Source of the DNA: Verrucomicrobiota bacterium
GTDB lineage: Bacteria; Verrucomicrobiota; Verrucomicrobiia; Opitutales; UBA953
Length of the DNA: 24,000 nucleotides
Direction of reading: 5' to 3'
Assembly (NCBI GenBank): GCA_016871415.1
Contig: VHDL01000013.1
Coordinates: 31,725-55,724, forward strand
The first letter of the stretch is position 1. Every line of letters starts with the position of its first letter. Positions 1-8,111 of the stretch are shown piece after piece. Below the pieces are notes generated by a model. The model was not told the origin of the DNA, ran no database searches, and was given only the letters and a program-made list of their open reading frames with translations. The position numbers were made by a program, and so were the translations under genes.

Positions 1-525
1 TTCTGGCTCTCGACGCACGTGACCATCGTCACGCTGGGCTATTCCGCGACCTTTGTCGCCGGCCTACTCGGAGCCCTGCACCTCGTCCTGCGCGCCCTCC
101 AGCCCGGCTACGCCGCCGGAGACGCCGTGGCCCGATCGGCCTATGGCATCCTCGCCTTCGCCACGTTGGCAAGCTTCGTCGGCACCATGCTCGGCGGCAT
201 CTGGGCCGACCAGAGCTGGGGTCGCTTCTGGGGCTGGGACCCCAAGGAGAACGGCGCCATCCTCATCGTACTCTGGTGCGCGGTCTGCCTGCATGCCCGC
301 TGGGGCGGACTGGTCCGCCGGGAAGGCCTCATGCAGCTGCTGGTGCTCGGCAACATCGTCACGGCCTGGTCCTGGTTCGGCACCAACCTGCTCGGGGTCG
401 GTTTGCACAGCTACGGTTTCACGGAACAGGGCGCCTTCTGGCTCTACGTCGTATTCATCCCCTCGCAGCTCCTGCTCGCCGCCTTTGGCTGGCTCCCGGC
501 GCGCAACCGGCAGCTGCCCGCATGA
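1..525 (+). CDS. ccsA: Cytochrome c biogenesis protein, CcsA/ResC family (5' truncated by window edge)
   Basis: Frame is open to base 1 (FWLSTHVTIVTLGYSATFVAG...); contains WGRFWGWDPKENGAILIVLWCAVCLHARWGG, the tryptophan-rich CcsA/CcmC motif, and hydrophobic helices. Confidence 0.88.
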   Translation, partial: FWLSTHVTIVTLGYSATFVAGLLGALHLVLRALQPGYAAGDAVARSAYGILAFATLASFVGTMLGGIWADQSWGRFWGWDPKENGAILIVLWCAVCLHARWGGLVRREGLMQLLVLGNIVTAWSWFGTNLLGVGLHSYGFTEQGAFWLYVVFIPSQLLLAAFGWLPARNRQLPA

Positions 526-1046
526 ACGCGGGTCGGCACGACTTATGGTTCTGCGTGAAGTCACGTCCGCGCCAGGAATCCGTCGCCGCCCGCAACCTCA
601 CCTCCCTCGGAGGCGTCGAAGTGCTCATGCCCAGGGTGCGCCGTCGCCGGCTGGGCCATGACGGACCAAAGCACGTGGTGGAACCCCTCTTTCCGGGATA
701 CCTTTTCGCCCGCTACGAGCCCGAGGAATCCCACGGACCCGTGCGCGGCACGAGGGGCGTGCTCCACGTGGTCAGCAAAGCCGGCAAGGCCGTGGAGGTG
801 GAGGATTCGGTCATCGCCGAGCTACGGAATCTGGGGCCGGACGCCACGCTCACGCTAGAAGATCCTCTGCCCGAGATCGGAGGGCGCGTGCGCATCATCC
901 GCGGCGTATTCGAAGGGGGTGAAGGCGAGGTGCTTCGCCTCGCCTCGCCACAACGTCGCATCGCCATCCTCATGGCCCTGCTCGGCTCCGATCAGCCCGT
1001 CGAACTCTCCCTCGACGACGTCGAATCTCTCACGGACGAAACCTGA
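522..1046 (+). CDS. NusG/RfaH-like transcription termination/antitermination factor
   Basis: ATG at 522 inside ORF 276..1046. Protein MNAGRHDLWFCVKSRPRQESVAARNL...EPLFPGYLFARYEP...RGVLHVVSKAGKAVEV...GGRVRIIRGVFEGGEGEVLRL matches NusG N-terminal plus KOW-like layout. Confidence 0.85.
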   Translation: MNAGRHDLWFCVKSRPRQESVAARNLTSLGGVEVLMPRVRRRRLGHDGPKHVVEPLFPGYLFARYEPEESHGPVRGTRGVLHVVSKAGKAVEVEDSVIAELRNLGPDATLTLEDPLPEIGGRVRIIRGVFEGGEGEVLRLASPQRRIAILMALLGSDQPVELSLDDVESLTDET

Positions 1047-1054
1047 TCTCCCGC

Positions 1055-1087
1055 CCTGCCCCCGCCCCTGTCCCTGCCCCTGTCCCT
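1055..1087. repeat. Short C-rich hexanucleotide repeat tract, (CCCTGT/CCCTGC)-like, degenerate
   Basis: ctgcccccgcccctgtccctgcccctgtccctt between the NusG-like stop and the next start; same motif recurs at 18906-18951. Confidence 0.7.
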
Positions 1088-1092
1088 TATCC

Positions 1093-1557
1093 ATGATCCT
1101 CGACCGACTCTCAGGGTCCGCGGCCCACGAATCCCTGCATCCCCTCTTCCCCAAGGCCTTCGCCTATCTGCGCGCGTTCGACACGTCGACGGCGGACGGA
1201 AAGTATGAGCTGCAGGGACAGGATCTGGTCGCAATCGTCCAGCGGTAAGCGACGGCACCGTCGGCCGACAAGCCTTGGGAGGCCCATCGGACCTACGGCG
1301 ACATCCAGGCCGTGTATGAAGGCCTTGAGCTGTGCGGCCATGCCGACCGACGCACCCTCACGGTGACCAGACCTTACGACGCCGACAAGGACGTCGAGAA
1401 ATACGCCGCCCCGACCGGACCTTCGGCGCTCCTGACCCTCGGCCGGGTCAACTTCGCGGTGTTCCACCCTCAGGACGGCCACCAGCCCGGCGTGCAGATC
1501 GACGCCCCGGCCGAGATCCTGAAGGTGGTCATCAAGTTCCGGCTGAAGGTGTCATGA
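1093..1557 (+). pseudogene. YhcH/YjgK/YiaL family (DUF386, beta-galactosidase subunit beta-like) gene interrupted by one in-frame TAA at 1246-1248
   Basis: Frame 1093..1248 gives MILDRLSGSAAHESLHPLFPKAFAYLRAFDTSTADGKYELQGQDLVAIVQR*, and the same frame continues ATAPSADKPWEAHRTYGDIQAVYEGLELCGHADRRT...VNFAVFHPQDGHQPGVQID...VVIKFRLKVS*. Confidence 0.82.
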
Positions 1558-2072
1558 AGAAGCAGACCATCCTTCCATCCGCAGAGTCTGATCTCACGAT
1601 TTTTAAGGATTTCTGGGAGCGCGCGATTGCTTACCAGAAACTCAACTCCTTGCCCTGTTGGTATGATTTCCCGGAAAAAACCATCGTTGAAGAGATTCGG
1701 GATGGCCGACATTTCACAATTCACGAAGATGGCGCAATGCTAGGATACGTCTCGATTTCGTTTACGGATCCCGAAATCTGGGAAGAGCTCGAAGATGATC
1801 GCGCCATCTTTCTTCACAGGATGTGCGTTAATCCTGCGATGAAAGGCAACCAACTGGCGGCCATCACGCTAAAATGGGCACTGAAGTATTCCACGGGGAT
1901 GAAAAGAGACTTCGTGCGCATCGACACTTGGGCTTCGAACAACAGGCTTATAGAGTACTACTTGCGCTGCGGCTTCGTGGCCTTCGGGAAAAAGCGCCCG
2001 TCAAATCCCGAAAAACTTCCTCCCCACTACAGCAATATCGAATTGATGCTTTTTCAGAATTCCTGTGCCTAA
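1554..2072 (+). CDS. GNAT-family N-acetyltransferase
   Basis: 172 aa; GYVSISF...IFLHRMCVNPAMKGNQLAAITLKWALKYS...IRIDTWASNNRLIEYYLRCGFVAFGKK is a GNAT fold pattern. ATGA overlap with the preceding frame. Confidence 0.82.
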   Translation: MKKQTILPSAESDLTIFKDFWERAIAYQKLNSLPCWYDFPEKTIVEEIRDGRHFTIHEDGAMLGYVSISFTDPEIWEELEDDRAIFLHRMCVNPAMKGNQLAAITLKWALKYSTGMKRDFVRIDTWASNNRLIEYYLRCGFVAFGKKRPSNPEKLPPHYSNIELMLFQNSCA

Positions 2073-2076
2073 CCCC

Positions 2077-3018
2077 ATGCGACTCCTCCCCGGCCTGCTC
2101 CTCGCCCTCACCTGCGCCCTCGGTTCCGCCCAGGACGTCACCCGCGTCGCCGACGTCATCTACGCCAAGCACGACGGCGTGGCGCTGACGATGGACGTCT
2201 TCACGCCGGCGAAGCCCAACGGCGCGGCGGTCATCAAGATCATCAGCGGCGGATGGAACTCCAGCCACCGCGGCATCTCAGACGGCGGATGGCCAGCCCG
2301 CGGCTACACGACCTTCGTCGTGGTGCACGGGACCCAGCCCCGTTTCAACGTCGGTGAAATCGTGGTCGACCTGAAGCGGGCGGTGCGATTCATCCGGTCC
2401 AACGCCGCCAAGTTCGGCGTCGACCCGGACAGGATCGGAGTCACCGGCGGCAGCGCTGGCGGACACCTCAGCCTCATGCTCGCCACGCGCGCCGACGGCG
2501 GTAACGCGAAGTCGCCCGACCCGGTCGACCGCGTCAGCAGCGCCGTCAATGCGGTCGCCTGCTTCTACCCTCCAACGGACTTCCTCAACTGGGAGAAGGA
2601 AGGCGACAGCCGGCAGGGGGTCGGACCGCTGACCACCCGCGCCCCCGCCTTCGGGGCCCTCGTGACCACGCCCGAGGACCGTGAGAAAGCGGGACGCGAC
2701 CTCTCACCCATCTACCACGTGAGCGCCAAGACCCCGCCGGTCTACATCGTCCAAGGGGACGCCGACCGACTCGTTCCCGACAGCCAGGCAACCCGCTTCC
2801 AGAGCGCGGCCGTCAAGGCCGGCGCGAAGTGCGAAGTGCTCATCCGCAAGGGCGCCGCTCACGGCGGCTGGGCCGAACAGGGCGCGGCCGACACCGACCG
2901 CATGGCCGAATGGTTCGATCTTCACCTACTCGGCAAGCAACCGGCCCAGCCCTTCGGATTTGGGGTCTCCTCGCTGCCCAGCACGCCACTGTTCAAGAAG
3001 GCCGCCAAGGGCAAATAA
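2077..3018 (+). CDS. Secreted alpha/beta hydrolase / esterase
   Basis: Signal peptide (MRLLPGLLLALTCALGSAQD), GxSxG nucleophile elbow GVTGGSAGGHLSLML, C-terminal IVQGDADRLVPDSQA and HGGW. Confidence 0.85.
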   Translation: MRLLPGLLLALTCALGSAQDVTRVADVIYAKHDGVALTMDVFTPAKPNGAAVIKIISGGWNSSHRGISDGGWPARGYTTFVVVHGTQPRFNVGEIVVDLKRAVRFIRSNAAKFGVDPDRIGVTGGSAGGHLSLMLATRADGGNAKSPDPVDRVSSAVNAVACFYPPTDFLNWEKEGDSRQGVGPLTTRAPAFGALVTTPEDREKAGRDLSPIYHVSAKTPPVYIVQGDADRLVPDSQATRFQSAAVKAGAKCEVLIRKGAAHGGWAEQGAADTDRMAEWFDLHLLGKQPAQPFGFGVSSLPSTPLFKKAAKGK

Positions 3019-3054
3019 TCTGGCGGGCGACGCCTTCCGCCCTATCCAAGAAGC

Positions 3055-3759
3055 ATGGAAAGCCGCTGCCGCCTCATCCTGGCCTTGGACGTTGAGACCA
3101 AGGAGGAGGCCGTCGCCCTCGCACGACCGCTGGTGGGCAGCCTCGGCTGGGTGAAGCTCGGCCTACAGTTGTTCACTAAGCACGGCCCTGGCATCGTGGA
3201 CGAGTTCCACGGCATGGGCTTCAAGGTGTTCCTCGACCTCAAGCTGCACGACATCCCCAACACCGTTGCTTCAGCGATCAAGAGCCTCAAGGGCCGTCCC
3301 TGCTCCCTGCTCACCCTGCACGCCGGGGGCGGACCCGAGATGATTGCCCGGGCAACCGAAGCGGCGCGCACCTCCCTGCCAGAATGCCGACTTCTTTCCG
3401 TGACCGTGCTCACCTCCATGGACCAAGCCCAGCTTGCCGCGGTCGGCATCGAGCGTCCGGCGGAGGAACAGGTCCGGCTGCTGGGCCGCATGGCCGTGGC
3501 GGCCGGCTCCCACGGCCTGGTCTGCTCACCGCTAGAACTCGCGATCCTCCGCACGGCCCTCGGCACGGGGCCCGACCTCGTCACGCCCGGCATCCGCTAC
3601 CCCGACGCCAAGGGAGACGACCAGAGCCGCGTCATGACTCCCGCCGACGCCGCGTCCGCCGGCGCGAGCTTCATCGTGGTGGGACGCCCCATCCTCAAGG
3701 CGACGGATCCGGCCGCCATGGCGCAACGCATCCGCAAGGAAATCGGCGAGTCCCGGTGA
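3055..3759 (+). CDS. pyrF: Orotidine 5'-phosphate decarboxylase
   Basis: LILALDVETKEEAVALARPL...WVKLGLQLFTKHGPGIV...KVFLDLKLHDIPNTV and LVTPGIRYPDAKGDDQSRVMTPADA...FIVVGRPI are diagnostic. Confidence 0.96.
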   Translation: MESRCRLILALDVETKEEAVALARPLVGSLGWVKLGLQLFTKHGPGIVDEFHGMGFKVFLDLKLHDIPNTVASAIKSLKGRPCSLLTLHAGGGPEMIARATEAARTSLPECRLLSVTVLTSMDQAQLAAVGIERPAEEQVRLLGRMAVAAGSHGLVCSPLELAILRTALGTGPDLVTPGIRYPDAKGDDQSRVMTPADAASAGASFIVVGRPILKATDPAAMAQRIRKEIGESR

Positions 3760-4463
3760 GCGACGGGCGAGACATCCTCGTACTGCTGGCCGCCGGGTCG
3801 GCCCGTCGCATGCAGTCCGCCGTGGACGACAAGATCCTCGCGCCGCTCTGCGGCTCCCCGGTCTTCATCCATTGCCTGCGGGCCTTCTCCGCGACCGGGC
3901 TTTTCGGCCGCGCCGTCATCACCTACCGCGACGAGGCCCAGCTTGCGCGGGTCAAATCACTATTGGCCTCGGAAAACATCGGGCTGCGCATCGACTTCAT
4001 CCAAGGCGGCGACTCCCGCCAGGATTCGGTGCTGGCCGCCCTGTCCGCTTGTGAATCGCACGATGGCCTCGTGCACATCCACGACGCTGCGCGCCCCCTC
4101 ATCACGGAGGCCGCCATTCGCAAAGTCAGGGCCAAGGCCTCCGAAACCGGCGCGGCCATCCTCGCCGGACGGGCGGCCGACACGGTCAAGATTGCTAAGG
4201 CGGATTCGGCCTCGGTGGCCGCCTCGCCCGACCGCGCGCTGGTCTGGACCGCCGAGACCCCGCAGGTCTTCCGCACGGCCGACATCCTGCGCGCCTACCG
4301 CAAGGTCAACGAATCCGGCCGCAAGGTGACCGACGACAGCTCGGCGCTTGAGACGGTTGGCATCGAGGTCGCTCTCGTCGAGAACCCTGACGCGAACCTC
4401 AAGCTGACCCGCCCGGCCGACTTCGCGCTCGCGGAAGCCGTGCTCAGGTCGCGCGCTCAGTAA
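3756..4463 (+). CDS. ispD: 2-C-methyl-D-erythritol 4-phosphate cytidylyltransferase
   Basis: GTG start overlapping pyrF stop; ILVLLAAGSARRMQSAVDDKILAPLCGSPVFIHCLRAF, VHIHDAARPLIT, LVWTAETPQVFRTADILRAYRK and LKLTRPADFALAEAVL. Confidence 0.93.
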   Translation: MSDGRDILVLLAAGSARRMQSAVDDKILAPLCGSPVFIHCLRAFSATGLFGRAVITYRDEAQLARVKSLLASENIGLRIDFIQGGDSRQDSVLAALSACESHDGLVHIHDAARPLITEAAIRKVRAKASETGAAILAGRAADTVKIAKADSASVAASPDRALVWTAETPQVFRTADILRAYRKVNESGRKVTDDSSALETVGIEVALVENPDANLKLTRPADFALAEAVLRSRAQ

Positions 4464-4936
4464 CCGGCTTGCCGCAAAGCCGTGTCGAGCTTCACCTGGA
4501 AGTCGGCAACGTCAGTCTGGGAGGGACGGTAGCCGGGCGAAGGGGGATTGAATCCGAGCTGACCCATCTGGTCGAGATACCAGGTACCGACGGAACCGTC
4601 GCTGAACTTGACCGATCCGCTGACCATCGCCCCGGGAGCCATCACGGTGTCGATGCTGATAGACACGCCGGACTGGGACTGAGGCGCAGGTTCGGCCTGC
4701 GTGGTATCGGCGGGGGCGGCGGCCTCGGCCGTCTCGGCCTGAGGCTCGTCGGCCTTCTTGGGCTCCGCCTTCTCGACAAGACTGAGGTTCAGGTCATCGA
4801 CCAGCAGCCGGACGTCCATGTAAGTCAGGTGCACGTCGAATTCAGAGGCCAGTCGCGCCTGAATCTGGGAGAGCGTCGCCCCCTCGGCCACCCAGGATGA
4901 TACCTTGCCCGTCTGCTGGCTGCTGAGCTTGGTCAT
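4457..4936 (-). CDS. Hypothetical protein with helical N-terminus, Ala/Pro/Gln-rich linker and a conserved-looking C-terminal domain
   Basis: MTKLSSQQTGKVSSWVAEGATLSQIQARLASEFDVHLTYMDVRLLVDDLNLSLVEKAEPKKADEPQ...VSISIDTVMAPGAMVSGSVKFSDGSVGTWYLDQMGQLGFNPPSPGYRPSQTDVADFQVKLDTALRQAGY*. Position between convergent ispD and divergent menB leaves room for the gene. Confidence 0.75.
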   Translation of the reverse strand: MTKLSSQQTGKVSSWVAEGATLSQIQARLASEFDVHLTYMDVRLLVDDLNLSLVEKAEPKKADEPQAETAEAAAPADTTQAEPAPQSQSGVSISIDTVMAPGAMVSGSVKFSDGSVGTWYLDQMGQLGFNPPSPGYRPSQTDVADFQVKLDTALRQAGY

Positions 4937-5023
4937 ACCCGCAAAGTGTGAGGTTCCCAGCGGTTTTTCAAGCACCCGCTCTAAACGGCTGGAAAACGGG
5001 CCCGAGGCCTGCAAGTTGAACCC

Positions 5024-5869
5024 ATGTCCACCGAGCCACTTTGGAAAAAGTGCGGCGAATACGCCGACATCGTCTATGAGAAGGCCGACGGCATCGCCCG
5101 CGTGACCATCAACCGGCCGACCCGCCGCAACGCCTTCACGCCGGACACCGTGGCCGAGATGATTGCCGCCTTCTCGGACGCCCGGGATGACGTAAAGATC
5201 GGCGTGGTGCTGCTGCGCGGCGCCAACCCCCAGCACGACGGCAAGACGGCCTTCTGCGCCGGCGGGGACCAGAAGATCCGTGGCGATCGCAAGGGTGGCT
5301 ACGTCGGCAAGGACGGTGTCCCGCGCCTCAACGTGCTCGACCTGCAACGGCTCATCCGGACGATGCCCAAGGTGGTCATCGCCCTGGTCTCAGGGTTCGC
5401 CATCGGGGGCGGACACGTGCTGCACGTGGTGTGCGACCTCACCATCGCCGCCGAGGACGCGGTCTTTGGTCAGACCGGGCCGCGCGTGGGCAGCTTCGAC
5501 GGGGGCTTCGGTGCCTCCTACCTGGCACGCATCGTGGGTCAGAAGAAGGCCCGTGAAATCTGGTACCTCTGCCGCCAGTATGATGCGAAACAGGCTCTGG
5601 AGATGGGCTTGGTCAACGCCGTGGTGGCGGTGAAGGACCTCGACGCCGAGGGGGTGCGCTGGGCGCAGGAGGTCCTGGAGAAGAGCCCGCTCGCCATCCG
5701 CTGCCTCAAGTCGGCGTTCAACGCCGAGCTCGACGGACAGGCCGGCATCCAGGAACTGTCGGGCAACGCGACGCTGCTCTACTACCTCACCGAACAGGGA
5801 GACGAAGGGCGCGCCGCATGGAACGAGCGTCGCAAGCCCGACTACAGGAAATTCCCCTGGCTGCCCTGA
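5024..5869 (+). CDS. menB: 1,4-dihydroxy-2-naphthoyl-CoA synthase
   Basis: [30 protein letters not shown]...[116 protein letters not shown] is characteristic of MenB. Confidence 0.95.
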   Translation: MSTEPLWKKCGEYADIVYEKADGIARVTINRPTRRNAFTPDTVAEMIAAFSDARDDVKIGVVLLRGANPQHDGKTAFCAGGDQKIRGDRKGGYVGKDGVPRLNVLDLQRLIRTMPKVVIALVSGFAIGGGHVLHVVCDLTIAAEDAVFGQTGPRVGSFDGGFGASYLARIVGQKKAREIWYLCRQYDAKQALEMGLVNAVVAVKDLDAEGVRWAQEVLEKSPLAIRCLKSAFNAELDGQAGIQELSGNATLLYYLTEQGDEGRAAWNERRKPDYRKFPWLP

Positions 5870-5872
5870 GCG

Positions 5873-6439
5873 ATGCGGGTCACGGAGACCGCCGCCGACC
5901 TGCTCCGCGCGACGTTGTCCGAAGGCGACGTGGCGATCGACGGTACGGCTGGCCGAGGAAGGGACTCGCTGCTGCTGGCAGGTCTGGTGGGGGCGGGCGG
6001 GCGGGTGCACGCCTTCGACGTGCAGGCCGAGGCCATTGATTCGACACGCGCCCTGCTCGCCCAAGCCAGGCTGCTCGATCGCTGCACGCTGCATCGACGC
6101 TGCCACGCCGAAATGGCCTCGGCCGTGCCGGCCTGCGACCATGGCCGGGTCGGCGCCGCGATCTTCAATCTGGGCTACCTCCCCGGGGGTGATCCCACCG
6201 TGAAGACCTGCACCGAAACGACCTTGAGGGCGCTTGAGGCCGCCGTGGGGACGCTCAGGCCGGGCGGCAGGCTCATCTGCGTCTGCTACACCGGACATCC
6301 GGGCGGAGAGGATGAGGCCGGGTCGGTGCACGCTTGGATGAGGGCCAAGGCCCGGGAGGGACTGGAGCTGACCGTCGAAGGACGCGAACCGGGCACGGGC
6401 AGACCTTGGCTCGCCTGCCTCACCCGCGGCTATGTTTGA
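5873..6439 (+). CDS. Class I SAM-dependent methyltransferase, MnmM/YtqB-like
   Basis: AIDGTAGRGRDSLLLAGLVG..GRVHAFDVQAEAI...AAIFNLGYLPGGDPTVKTCTETTLRALEAAVGTLRPGGRLICVCYTGHPGGEDEA fits the YtqB family. Confidence 0.87.
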   Translation: MRVTETAADLLRATLSEGDVAIDGTAGRGRDSLLLAGLVGAGGRVHAFDVQAEAIDSTRALLAQARLLDRCTLHRRCHAEMASAVPACDHGRVGAAIFNLGYLPGGDPTVKTCTETTLRALEAAVGTLRPGGRLICVCYTGHPGGEDEAGSVHAWMRAKAREGLELTVEGREPGTGRPWLACLTRGYV

Positions 6440-6466
6440 TTCCGGGCATGAACCCCGCTTGATGAA

Positions 6467-7372
6467 ATGATGAACCGCCCAAGACGCATCGCCGTGACAG
6501 GAGCCGAAGGCTTTGTCGGGCGGACGTTGTGCTCCCACTTGCGTGAGTCGGGACACGAAATCGTGCGTCTGCGCTCACGCACCTCGGGCCCCGGCGGCTA
6601 CGACATCCGAACCGGCCGCATCGACAAGGAGGCGCTGCGCGGTTGCGAAGCGGCGGTCCATCTCGCCGGAGCGCCCATCGCCCGACGCTGGAATGAAAAG
6701 GGCGTCCTAGACATCATAGAGAGCAGAGTGGCCTCGACCGATCTGATCGCCCACGCCCTCGCCGAACTACGGACCGGCGGCGGACCCTCCGTGTTCATCT
6801 GCATGTCGGGCATCAACCGGTATGGCACCCGGCGGGAGGGAATCCTGACCGAGTCGTCAGATACGCGGGAGGACGGTTTCCTGTCAAAGGTCACTTCCGC
6901 CTGGGAGGAGGCCGCCGGCCCGGCGGTCAAGGCGGGGATCCGCACCGTCTTCCTTCGCACCGGCATGGTGCTGGGGGCTTCAGGCGGCCCCCTTCAACTC
7001 ATGCTGCCGGCCTTCCGGCTCGGATTGGGCGGCCCGATCGCCGGAGGGTCGCAGGCCGTCAGTTGGATTACGGTCGATGACCTGGCCCGGCTCATCCTCT
7101 GGAGCCTAGACCGCGGCGATGTGTGCGGTCCGGTCAATGCGACCGCCCCGGGTTATCTGACGCAGCGCGAGTTTGCCCATGCGCTCGGCAAGGCCCTCCG
7201 CCGGCCGGCCTTCCTGCCTCTTCCGCGCTGGGCGCTGGCTCCTCTGGGCGGCTTCGCCAAGGAGACGATCCTCTCTGACCTGAGGGTCCGGCCTGAGAAA
7301 GCCCTCGCGGCGGGCTTCACGTTCCGCTGGCCCCGGATCGATGAAGCGTTCAAGGTTTGCCTGCACGGCTGA
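6467..7372 (+). CDS. TIGR01777-family NAD(P)-dependent epimerase (YfcH/SDR39U1-like)
   Basis: IAVTGAEGFVGRTLCSHLRESGHEIVRL, AAVHLAGAPIA.RRWNEKGVLDIIESRVASTDLIAHAL, GIRTVFLRTGMVLGASGGPLQLMLPAFRLGLGGPIAGGSQAVSWITVDDLARLI, C-terminal FRWPRIDEAF. Confidence 0.9.
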   Translation: MMNRPRRIAVTGAEGFVGRTLCSHLRESGHEIVRLRSRTSGPGGYDIRTGRIDKEALRGCEAAVHLAGAPIARRWNEKGVLDIIESRVASTDLIAHALAELRTGGGPSVFICMSGINRYGTRREGILTESSDTREDGFLSKVTSAWEEAAGPAVKAGIRTVFLRTGMVLGASGGPLQLMLPAFRLGLGGPIAGGSQAVSWITVDDLARLILWSLDRGDVCGPVNATAPGYLTQREFAHALGKALRRPAFLPLPRWALAPLGGFAKETILSDLRVRPEKALAAGFTFRWPRIDEAFKVCLHG

Positions 7373-7415
7373 TTTTGGATTGATGGGAATGGCGCCGACA
7401 AGGATTGTCTGACTC

Positions 7416-8108
7416 ATGTCCCGCGCACTCCTGGCCCTCATTGCGTTCCTCGCCATCGGCTGTGATGACACGGGTCGGACCGGCGCCGCCTCGCTCGACG
7501 TCGAGGATCCAGACTTCAAGCAGGGCCAGATCTTCCACAAGCAGGGCGAGACGCGACGGGCGCTGGAATGCTTCCTGAAGGTCATCGACAGCCGCAAGAA
7601 CGCCGCGGAATCCCACCTCGAGGCCGCCCGCATGTACCTCGACCTCGGCGACCCGCTGCCGGCCATCTACCACTTCAACCAGTACGTCCGACTCAAGCCC
7701 GGCTCGCAGCAGGCGCCGATGGTGAAGCAGATGATCCGCACCGCGGAAAAGCAGTACATGAAGCAGCTCCCGGGGCAGCCCATGGAACCCGACGCCGCGG
7801 GCAGCGTGGACCTCAACGGCCGCCTGCGGGCCCTCCAGATGGAAAATGACCGCCTGAAGAAGGAACTTTCAGAATACACCAGGCTGCGCCCCTCCGACCC
7901 CGCAACCTCCGCTCCTCAGCCCACCGCCCCGACCGCGGCGGGCTCGGGCCGGACCTACACGGTCGTCGCCGGTGACAACCCCACGCGCATCTCGATGAAG
8001 ATGTACGGCAACGGTTCCCGTGCCAATGACATCATCAAGGCCAACCGCGACAAGGTGCCCAATCCTCAGGCGCTGAAGCCTGGCATGGTGCTGGTCATCC
8101 CGGAGTGA
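7416..8108 (+). CDS. Lipoprotein with TPR-like segment and C-terminal LysM domain
   Basis: MSRALLALIAFLAIGC lipobox-like signal, helical repeats DFKQGQIFHKQGETRRALECFLKVID..., C-terminal GRTYTVVAGDNPTRISMKMYGNGSRANDIIKANRDKVPNPQALKPGMVLVIPE. Confidence 0.87.
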   Translation: MSRALLALIAFLAIGCDDTGRTGAASLDVEDPDFKQGQIFHKQGETRRALECFLKVIDSRKNAAESHLEAARMYLDLGDPLPAIYHFNQYVRLKPGSQQAPMVKQMIRTAEKQYMKQLPGQPMEPDAAGSVDLNGRLRALQMENDRLKKELSEYTRLRPSDPATSAPQPTAPTAAGSGRTYTVVAGDNPTRISMKMYGNGSRANDIIKANRDKVPNPQALKPGMVLVIPE

Positions 8109-8111
8109 GCC

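Noticed and set aside
1055-1087. Possible CRISPR or phage attachment site at the C-rich tracts
   Set aside because: Units are 6 nt without spacers, and no integrase or cas gene is nearby; a simple repeat fits better.
1554-2072. Possible toxin-antitoxin pair with the GNAT gene as toxin
   Set aside because: No small ribbon-helix-helix type antitoxin ORF is adjacent; the upstream partner is a YhcH-like remnant.
5390-6556. 388-aa ORF on the minus strand
   Set aside because: Lies fully antisense to menB and the MnmM/YtqB-like gene, both with clear family motifs; composition (Arg/His/Pro/Ala rich) is typical of shadow ORFs in high-GC DNA.
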